Shown piece by piece: positions 8,333 through 14,514 of a stretch of DNA of 15,961 nucleotides (its first letter is position 1; each line of letters opens with the position of its first letter). The notes beneath the pieces are model-generated. The model was not told the DNA's origin. It saw nothing but the letters and a program-made list of their open reading frames with translations, and searched no databases. The stretch is from the NCBI GenBank assembly GCA_964587725.1, contig CAZPLO010000026.1, positions 1 to 15,961 on the forward strand, in the 5' to 3' direction. A program made the translations under genes and the position numbers. Source of the stretch: an uncultured archaeon. GTDB lineage: Archaea; Altiarchaeota; Altiarchaeia; IMC4; SCGC-AAA252-I15.

Positions 8333-9406
8333 ATGGAGGCTGTGGTACTGCACGACTACTTGTCGAACATCGGCGGCGGGGAGAAGCTGATGCTGTCGCT
8401 GGCTAGGGCGTTGGATGCGGACTTCGCAACACTGGATTTGAACCGGGACGTGGTTGAGGACGTGGGGTACGGTGACGTGAAGTTCATAGACCTGGGTTCG
8501 ACGGTTAAGAAGCCGCCGCTGAAGCAGCTGCACGCGTCGCTGAAATACCGGCTCGCGAAACTCGACTACGACGCCTACATGTTCAGCGGGAACTGGAGCC
8601 ACTACGCGGCAGTGAACAGTCACCCCAACATCTGGTACTGCCACACGCCCGTCCGCGCCTTCTACATAGACTGGGAGAACATAAGAGACGGCATGAACCC
8701 GGTTCAACGGCTGATATATGATGTGTGGGTTGCGTTTCACAGCAGGTGGGACAGGAAGTCGGTTAAACACGTCGACAAAATAATCGCCAACAGCAACAAC
8801 ACACGGGACAGGATAAAGAGGGTCTACGGCCGGGAGTCCACGGTCGTGTACCCCGGCGTCGACACCGGCAGGTTCAAATACCTGGGTGACGGCGGATACT
8901 GGCTGAGCGTTAACAGAATCTACCCGGAGAAGAGGATACGCCTGCAGGTTAACGCGTTCGAGCGCATGCCTGACCGGAAACTTGTCATAGTCGGAGGGTC
9001 GCTCGCAGGAGACCACAGCAGCCGACACGCCAGTGAACTACTCGATAATCTGCCGCCGAACGTCGAATACCGTGGAAGGGTTTCAGAGGACGAGCTCGCG
9101 GAACTCTACGGACGCTGCACAGGCTTCATATGCACTGCCGTGGACGAAGACTTCGGGATGACGCCCGTGGAGGCGATGGCCGCCGGCAAACCAGTGGTCG
9201 CGACCCGGGAAGGGGGATACCTGGAGACCGTGGTCGACGGGGAGACAGGGGTGCTGGCGGAAGCCGAGCCCATGTCCCTGAAGGCGGCGGTGGAGGAGAT
9301 TTCAGACAACCCAGACTCCTACAGGAGGGCGTGCGAACGGCGCTCCCGCGACTTCGACACCAGCGTTTTCATACAGTCGATGAAGGGGCAGCTGGAGGAC
9401 ATATAA
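8333..9406 (+). CDS. GT4 family glycosyltransferase (mannosyltransferase-like)
   Basis: LHDYL..IGGGEK, WYCHTP.R, IANS, VVYPGVD, SVNRIYPEKR and EDFGMTPVEAMAAGKPVVA. Start is 8333 (MEAVVLHD) or 8321. Confidence 0.93.
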   Translation: MEAVVLHDYLSNIGGGEKLMLSLARALDADFATLDLNRDVVEDVGYGDVKFIDLGSTVKKPPLKQLHASLKYRLAKLDYDAYMFSGNWSHYAAVNSHPNIWYCHTPVRAFYIDWENIRDGMNPVQRLIYDVWVAFHSRWDRKSVKHVDKIIANSNNTRDRIKRVYGRESTVVYPGVDTGRFKYLGDGGYWLSVNRIYPEKRIRLQVNAFERMPDRKLVIVGGSLAGDHSSRHASELLDNLPPNVEYRGRVSEDELAELYGRCTGFICTAVDEDFGMTPVEAMAAGKPVVATREGGYLETVVDGETGVLAEAEPMSLKAAVEEISDNPDSYRRACERRSRDFDTSVFIQSMKGQLEDI

Positions 9407-9441
9407 ACAAGTCCGCCAAGATATTACAGAGGCGGTTTCCG

Positions 9442-10119
9442 GTGCCGGACGAGGACAAAAAAAGCATGGTGGAGAAGCTCAAGAAAGAGCTCGCGAAGCT
9501 GGAGTGGGAGGAGAAGCTGCTCCGCAAGAGAGACGACCGTCTGAAGTGGGAGGAGGAGATGCTGGAGATGGAGGAGGGCCTCAAAACCAAGCGCGCAGAC
9601 TTCATGGAGAAAGCCCCACCTGAAATGCTGGAGAAAAAGGAGGAGGCTGAAGAACCGAAGGAATCCCATGTGGAGCCTGGCACAACCTACCTGCTGAAGG
9701 AGCAGAAGCCTGACCGGAGCAACCGAATATTCACGCAGCAGATGAACGCAGGCTACAAAGGCCTTTACATTACGCGCAGCAACCCCAAGCAGGTTAGGAA
9801 GAAATACGACCTCGGCGACGCCGACGTGTGCTGGCTCACCGGCGTGAAAACCGACGAAGACATAAAGTCGGTGTCGGGGCTGCAGGAGCTCAGCATCCTC
9901 GTCAGCAACTTCATAGACGAAAACAGCAAGAGCGTGATACTGCTGGACGGCCTCGAATACCTGATAAGCAACAACGACTTCCCCATCGTGTTAAGGCTTG
10001 TGCAGCAGATACGCGACAAAGTAAGCACGTCGGAATCCAACATGCTCATACCCTTGAATCCTGCGGCACTCGACGAACGTCAGGTCACGCTGCTGGAGCG
10101 GGAATGCGGCTCACTATAG
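9442..10119 (+). CDS. DUF835 (inactive KaiC/RecA-like ATPase) protein with an N-terminal coiled coil
   Basis: C-terminal GLYITRSNP...WLT...VILLDGLEYLI.NNDF..VLR....IRD.V....LIPLNP.AL.ERQ..LLERE, with no Walker A motif. Real start is likely GTG 9442 (GAGGCGG upstream) or ATG 9466; the ORF-track start at 9130 overlaps the GT4 gene. Confidence 0.85.
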   Translation: MPDEDKKSMVEKLKKELAKLEWEEKLLRKRDDRLKWEEEMLEMEEGLKTKRADFMEKAPPEMLEKKEEAEEPKESHVEPGTTYLLKEQKPDRSNRIFTQQMNAGYKGLYITRSNPKQVRKKYDLGDADVCWLTGVKTDEDIKSVSGLQELSILVSNFIDENSKSVILLDGLEYLISNNDFPIVLRLVQQIRDKVSTSESNMLIPLNPAALDERQVTLLERECGSL

Positions 10120-10737
10120 CAGCTGCTCCGAAGGCCACAGCGGCTCCCGCTTCTCGTTGATTGGCGTCGGAGTCCTGAACTGCAGCGGCGTGGGGTTGCC
10201 GTGGTGAGGCACAAACACAATCCGCACGTCCTCGTCCTCGCCGATGCCGCCTGTCGTGTCAGCGGGCCCTGAACTGTAGTAGTTGAAACGCATCCGGATG
10301 ACATCGCCTCTCGTGAGGTAGCCGACGCGGTGGTCGCCGCTGGCCTTCACGTACTCGACCGTGAAGTCGGACGTGGTGGCGGCGTTCGAGGTGGTGTCGC
10401 CGGCGCTCTGGTTGTAGTATATGTTCTGGGTGTACTGTTTGGTGGTGACGACCACCACCATGTTGGTGAGGTTCATGAAGCTGCTGCCCGGCAGCAACCT
10501 AGCCAACACCTCGAAGTGTTCGATGTCCCGTCCGGCGCTGCCGTCGGTGCCCATCACATACATCACCTCCATGCCGGATGTGACGCTCTCCTCCGCCTCG
10601 AAGCTGCTTCGGACGGCGGTGGTCTGCAGGCCGCCGGTGGAGTAGATGATGACAACCGCCGCGATAGAGGAAACCAGTATGACCGCAACCAGTATGATGA
10701 GTGCGGCCACTCCGCTGAGACCCCTGTTACACCCCAT
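10114..10737 (-). CDS. flaB: Archaellin-like protein (divergent/minor archaellin)
   Basis: Class III signal peptide MGCNRG|LSGVAALIILVAVILVSSIAAVVII, then GGLQ...VTSGMEV..V.GTDG and LPGS..MNL. GGTGA SD at 10744-10748 (minus strand). Confidence 0.82.
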   Translation of the reverse strand: MGCNRGLSGVAALIILVAVILVSSIAAVVIIYSTGGLQTTAVRSSFEAEESVTSGMEVMYVMGTDGSAGRDIEHFEVLARLLPGSSFMNLTNMVVVVTTKQYTQNIYYNQSAGDTTSNAATTSDFTVEYVKASGDHRVGYLTRGDVIRMRFNYYSSGPADTTGGIGEDEDVRIVFVPHHGNPTPLQFRTPTPINEKREPLWPSEQLL

Positions 10738-10773
10738 GTGCTCTCACCCCCGGAAACTAATTAGCTTTAATGC

Positions 10774-10781
10774 TATAAAAA
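10774..10781 (-). promoter_or_regulatory. Putative TATA box for the minus-strand archaellin
   Basis: TTTTTATA on the minus strand, placing the transcription start just upstream of the GGTGA SD. Confidence 0.6.
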
Positions 10782-10863
10782 GATGTGGGTAATGCATTGA
10801 CGGTGTTGTCAGGGGATACGGGGCCTGAAATGCCGACACGCACCCGCACCCCGGCAACCGCTA

Positions 10864-10871
10864 TTTATATA
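10864..10871 (+). promoter_or_regulatory. Strong TATA box upstream of the flaC/D/E leader
   Basis: TATTTATATATAC matches the archaeal TTTATATA consensus and is nearly identical to the promoter of the downstream archaellin (15665-15675). Confidence 0.7.
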
Positions 10872-10906
10872 TACCCCAAATACAAAGTAAGTATTGGGGG
10901 GTGTCC

Positions 10907-11030
10907 TCTAGTCGTGACTATCCGTTGACTGGATAAAGAACCGGTTTAACGGTGGAAAAGGGCTTTTACACCACCTATACAAACAGGTGGTGTATACCTC
11001 CGACGGTGTTAGAAACCGTTGGTGACTAGA
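10907..11030 (+). other. Candidate structured RNA (multibranch 5' leader or sRNA)
   Basis: Closing stem TCTAGTCG 10907-10914 / TGACTAGA 11023-11030. It encloses hairpins TATCC/GGATA (10919-10935), a perfect 10-bp TACACCACCT/AGGTGGTGTA (10967-10994) and CCGACGGT/ACCGTTGG (11000-11022). Confidence 0.4.
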
Positions 11031-11180
11031 ATGGTGATGTTTGAGGAAGGCGCCGGAGCGCCCAGGGGGGTTAGTGTACTGAGAGACCTCTTCAGTTTCT
11101 ACACGACGCTCGAACTATCTGCTCTGACGCGGATTTCACCTTGCCTTTGCGCTTCACCGCATGGGGGGTGTGTGAAGTGA
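11031..11180 (+). CDS. Possible 49-aa upstream ORF (leader peptide) coupled to flaC/D/E
   Basis: GGTGA SD at 11021-11025, ATG at 11031, and a stop TGA at 11178-11180 that overlaps the GTG start of the next gene (GTGA). Codon usage is atypical. Confidence 0.25.
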   Translation: MVMFEEGAGAPRGVSVLRDLFSFYTTLELSALTRISPCLCASPHGGCVK

Positions 11181-12718
11181 TAAAGGAGCTCCTCGACGGA
11201 CTCACGTCGAGGCTTAAGGGGGTTGGAGAGAAAGGGGGTGAGGTGCCGCCGGCGGGCGGCATACCCCCGGCCCCCGGAGAGGATGAAATGCCTCCGGCGG
11301 GGGGTGAGCAGGCCCCGGACGTCAAACCACAGGAGGGGGAGGAAGACTTCAGCGCCCTTCTCGGCGGTGGGGACACGTCTGAGCTGGAGAACAAGGTCAA
11401 GGAACTGGAGGACCGGACCGTGAAGCTGGAGTCTTCTGTGAAGGACACGCTGGACATCGCCAAACAAAACCAGGAGCGCCTGGACAGCATAGACGGGAAC
11501 ATGAAGAAGTTCATTTCACTGTATGAGCTGGTCACCAACCAGATTAACCCGTTCGTCGACCAGTCCCAGCCGTTCAAGGAGCCGGAGAAGCCTCCGCTGG
11601 AGGAGGCGGAGGAGAAGATTGTCATGCCGCCGGCGGAGGAACTGGAGAAGGAGGAGCCGGATGAGAAGGAAGAGGAGGTGAAGCCGGAGCCTAAGAAGGA
11701 GAAGCCGAAGCCGGCTCCAGCCCCCAACGTTCCCGAAGGAGACGAGGAGCAGGTGATGTTCCTGCAGTCGGTGAAGGACGGGAACGCGTCGTTCGTGCTG
11801 GAGTGGATTACGTCGCTGGTGAACGAGGAAGGCGACGTGGAAGAGAACACGAAATTACTGACGTATCTGCTGAACATGGGGTGGATTACGCCGAAGGCGT
11901 ATGAGGCGTTGATGCAGCACGTCCGCGCCATAGCGCAGGCCGGCAGGGTAGCGCAGCCCCAGCGGCAGAGGATTCCGCTGATGGCCGGGATGCCGTCGCA
12001 GATTCCGCAGACCGGGCAGCCGCCCGGCCTGGGCAGAGGGGCGCCGGTGTCGGCGGACGACAAGGGCTCGCTCATGGAGGTGCTGGAGTGGGTGAAGTAT
12101 TTGGTCGACAAAGTAGGCTCCGACGAGGCGGAGGAGATACTCAAGTACCTGGTGCAATTGGGTTGGATTACGCCGGACGCGCACAGGGCGCTGCTTAAAT
12201 ACATAGACCGGACGCTTCCCGAAGAGGCGTTGCAGCAGTTCCGGGAGCCGGAGGAGACCAAAGTGCAGCTGCCGCCGGACCGTATACCGAGTCCGGACGA
12301 GTTCATGCAGCGTGAGGCCCAATACAGGATGCCTGTGCAGCCGGTTCAGCAGCCGGTGCGGATGCCGTTCCAGCAGCCTGTAAGGAAGAGTCCGGAGAAC
12401 GAGATAATACCGTTGACTGAGATAGGCTCAGACATAGACTCACTCGCCATCGTGCTGGAGTGGATACGCTACCTCGTCGACCGGGCGGGGACGCAGGGTG
12501 CTAAGGACATATTCAACTACTACCTCAACATCGGGTGGGTGAGCCAGCAGGTGTACCAGCAGCTGGTCAAGTACGTGGACGGCATCAAGGCGAAGGAGGA
12601 GGAGACCGTCGGGTATCAGCCGACGGTTGAGGACCACGCCACATCCCTGTTTTTCATAAGCAGGCTGAAGCACATGGACTTGAGCGAGGAAGACATACAG
12701 AACATGCTGGGGAAATAA
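11177..12718 (+). CDS. flaC/D/E: Archaellum accessory protein: FlaC domain fused to three FlaD/E domains
   Basis: A coiled coil ending in SLYELVTNQINPFVD (FlaC signature), three VLEW..YLV....G....L.Y...GWI/V repeats, and a C-terminal EDHATSLFFI (FlaD/E). GTG 11177 has an upstream GGGGGGTG SD. Confidence 0.88.
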   Translation: MIKELLDGLTSRLKGVGEKGGEVPPAGGIPPAPGEDEMPPAGGEQAPDVKPQEGEEDFSALLGGGDTSELENKVKELEDRTVKLESSVKDTLDIAKQNQERLDSIDGNMKKFISLYELVTNQINPFVDQSQPFKEPEKPPLEEAEEKIVMPPAEELEKEEPDEKEEEVKPEPKKEKPKPAPAPNVPEGDEEQVMFLQSVKDGNASFVLEWITSLVNEEGDVEENTKLLTYLLNMGWITPKAYEALMQHVRAIAQAGRVAQPQRQRIPLMAGMPSQIPQTGQPPGLGRGAPVSADDKGSLMEVLEWVKYLVDKVGSDEAEEILKYLVQLGWITPDAHRALLKYIDRTLPEEALQQFREPEETKVQLPPDRIPSPDEFMQREAQYRMPVQPVQQPVRMPFQQPVRKSPENEIIPLTEIGSDIDSLAIVLEWIRYLVDRAGTQGAKDIFNYYLNIGWVSQQVYQQLVKYVDGIKAKEEETVGYQPTVEDHATSLFFISRLKHMDLSEEDIQNMLGK

Positions 12719-12747
12719 CTTAAAAAGCGTCACCCATATATTCTATC

Positions 12748-13197
12748 ATGGGCTTCAGCACCGTTGCTACGCAGCTGATATTCTTCATAGCCATACTGGG
12801 CATATCCGCTGGACTAATCTCTATCTTCTCAGGCTACGTCGACGAGGCGTCGGGGGCGATGTCCGACAAGCAGCAGCATATAACGGATCAGCTCCGCACC
12901 GACATCATTGTGACGAACATAGACAACAGCAGCGGCCACTTGCATGTGTTCGCGAAAAACATCGGCGACTACACGTTGGACACCGAATGCGTCGAACTCT
13001 ACGTAGACAGCGGATGGGTTAACCTGGGCGCCGCGCAGATCGTGGACCCCAGCACCGACACCGCAGTCACAGTCTGGGCGCCGGAGGACACCATCCAGTT
13101 GAAGCCCAGCACGGTGGCGTTGAACACCGACTCGATACACGAGGTGAAGGTGATAACATGCAACGGCATCTCCGACACCGAGGAGTTCTCCACCTAA
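12748..13197 (+). CDS. flaG: Archaellum stator protein FlaG/ArlG-like
   Basis: N-terminal TM segment with QLIFFIA, then QLRTDI, FAKNIG..TL, LYVD, W.PEDT and VKVITCNGIS. Confidence 0.8.
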   Translation: MGFSTVATQLIFFIAILGISAGLISIFSGYVDEASGAMSDKQQHITDQLRTDIIVTNIDNSSGHLHVFAKNIGDYTLDTECVELYVDSGWVNLGAAQIVDPSTDTAVTVWAPEDTIQLKPSTVALNTDSIHEVKVITCNGISDTEEFST

Positions 13198-13228
13198 GAC
13201 TCTTTTTATCGGCTGCGCAATAGATTAC

Positions 13229-13681
13229 ATGGGCTTGTCCACCACCTACGCCAACATGGTGTTGTTCGTGTTCATACTGTCGATACTCTACTTCCTGATG
13301 GGCGTGTACGGAGACTACCTCGGCGACACGTCGCCGGAGGTGAAGGCCCAGGCGGACAGGGTCCGCGGGCGCCTGGACACCACCATACTCCTGTCGTCGG
13401 CGACGACGGACGGCAACGACGTCATCATGTACGTGTTGAACAGCGGGAAGACGACGTTGGACCCGAACTGCACCGACTTCTACATAGACCGGGAGTGGAT
13501 TCCCCGCAGCAGCATAGACGAGCTCCGCATACTCAACACCTCTTTTGACCCGGGGCTGTGGAATCCGGACGAGACGCTGCGGATGCAGACACAGTACGAC
13601 ACCGACGACGGCCAACCCCACGAAGCCAAGGTTGTCGCGTGCAACGGCGCAATGGACAGCCGCATATTCTATCACACGTGA
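13229..13681 (+). CDS. flaF: Archaellum stator protein FlaF/ArlF-like
   Basis: MGLS + TM segment, RLDTTI, VLNSGKTTL, FYID, WNPDETL and KVVACNG. Confidence 0.78.
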   Translation: MGLSTTYANMVLFVFILSILYFLMGVYGDYLGDTSPEVKAQADRVRGRLDTTILLSSATTDGNDVIMYVLNSGKTTLDPNCTDFYIDREWIPRSSIDELRILNTSFDPGLWNPDETLRMQTQYDTDDGQPHEAKVVACNGAMDSRIFYHT

Positions 13682-13683
13682 AA

Positions 13684-14436
13684 ATGGGCTTAAGTTCTTT
13701 GACGGCGATGACGTCGCTCGCGTTCATAGTGTTGCTGACGGCCACCGGGCTGATGATGATGCAAGACGGTCGATCAGATATCGCAGCCAAAGACCGCGGC
13801 GGCATACTCGAGCAGGAGCGGAAGTCCCACGCATCCTTCACGGACTTCAACGCAACCAACATAACACTCTCCACCGTAAACGTCACCCTCTACCTCGAGA
13901 ACACGGGGTCGACGAACATGCGGGCGTCGTGCATGGACCTGTTCATAGACGACTCATGGGTTACCGTAACCGGCTCCAGGGTTGCGCCGGCCGCGTTCGA
14001 CCCGATGCTGTGGAACCCCTCCGAAACACTGTTGTTGAGCGCGGAGGAGAACCTGGCGGTCGGCGAACACAACGCCACCGTCATCACATGCGCGGGACAG
14101 CGCATAGAGGCGGTGTTCAACGCCAGCAGATGCGGCGACGGAATCTGCACGGGCGGCGAATACTGCAGCTCAGACGACGGAGCATGCGACCTCCTCTGCT
14201 ACTACACCCGCTGTGAAGACGGGTGCTTCCAGGAGCTTGTTCCCGCCGGCGGCACCGAAGCCACCGGCCTGCTGATATGCGATGAAACAGGCGCTGGATG
14301 CGACACAGACAGCTGCGTGTGCGACGGCGCGGGCGGATGCTGCGGCGCAGGCGGTTCATCGTGCAGCCAGGACAGCCAGTGCTGCTCCGGCAGCTGCCCC
14401 CCGCCGGGCCCGAAAACCTGCACCCCATACCCGTGA
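13684..14436 (+). CDS. FlaF-like paralogue with a C-terminal cysteine-rich (18 Cys) extension
   Basis: MGLSS + TM segment, LENTGST, LFID and WNPSETL, followed by CGDGIC...CCSGSC...C. ATG 13684 lies 2 nt after the flaF stop; the ORF-track start at 13558 overlaps flaF. Confidence 0.8.
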   Translation: MGLSSLTAMTSLAFIVLLTATGLMMMQDGRSDIAAKDRGGILEQERKSHASFTDFNATNITLSTVNVTLYLENTGSTNMRASCMDLFIDDSWVTVTGSRVAPAAFDPMLWNPSETLLLSAEENLAVGEHNATVITCAGQRIEAVFNASRCGDGICTGGEYCSSDDGACDLLCYYTRCEDGCFQELVPAGGTEATGLLICDETGAGCDTDSCVCDGAGGCCGAGGSSCSQDSQCCSGSCPPPGPKTCTPYP

Positions 14437-14514
14437 ACGCCAAAGATAGCCTTTTTAAATCGGTAATGTACAATAGTTTATACTGGTGGTTGGTTGATTC
14501 ATAAGGTGAAGGAC

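Noticed and set aside
9130-9441. N-terminal extension of the DUF835 ORF in the ORF track
   Set aside because: It overlaps the GT4 gene in another frame and is R/G-rich nonsense; a better start with SD and TATA (ATATAAAC 9401-9408) exists at 9442.
10890-11170. RNase P RNA, SRP RNA, tRNA or fluoride riboswitch in the long intergenic region
   Set aside because: GAGGAAGG at 11043 only loosely resembles the RNase P GAGGAAAGUCC motif and lacks the 3' partner. I see no SRP helix-8 motif, no TTCGA T-loop in tRNA geometry and no fluoride aptamer consensus. An Rfam scan would be decisive.
11570-11730. GAG/AAG/CCG-rich repetitive stretch as a tandem repeat or CRISPR array
   Set aside because: It encodes a low-complexity E/K/P protein linker and has no fixed repeat-spacer periodicity.
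11092-12306. 404-aa minus-strand Ser-rich ORF
   Set aside because: It is antisense to flaC/D/E; the Ser/Phe runs mirror Glu/Lys codons on the coding strand.
13558-13683. N-terminal extension of the Cys-rich FlaF ORF
   Set aside because: It overlaps flaF; the paralogous MGLS start is at 13684.
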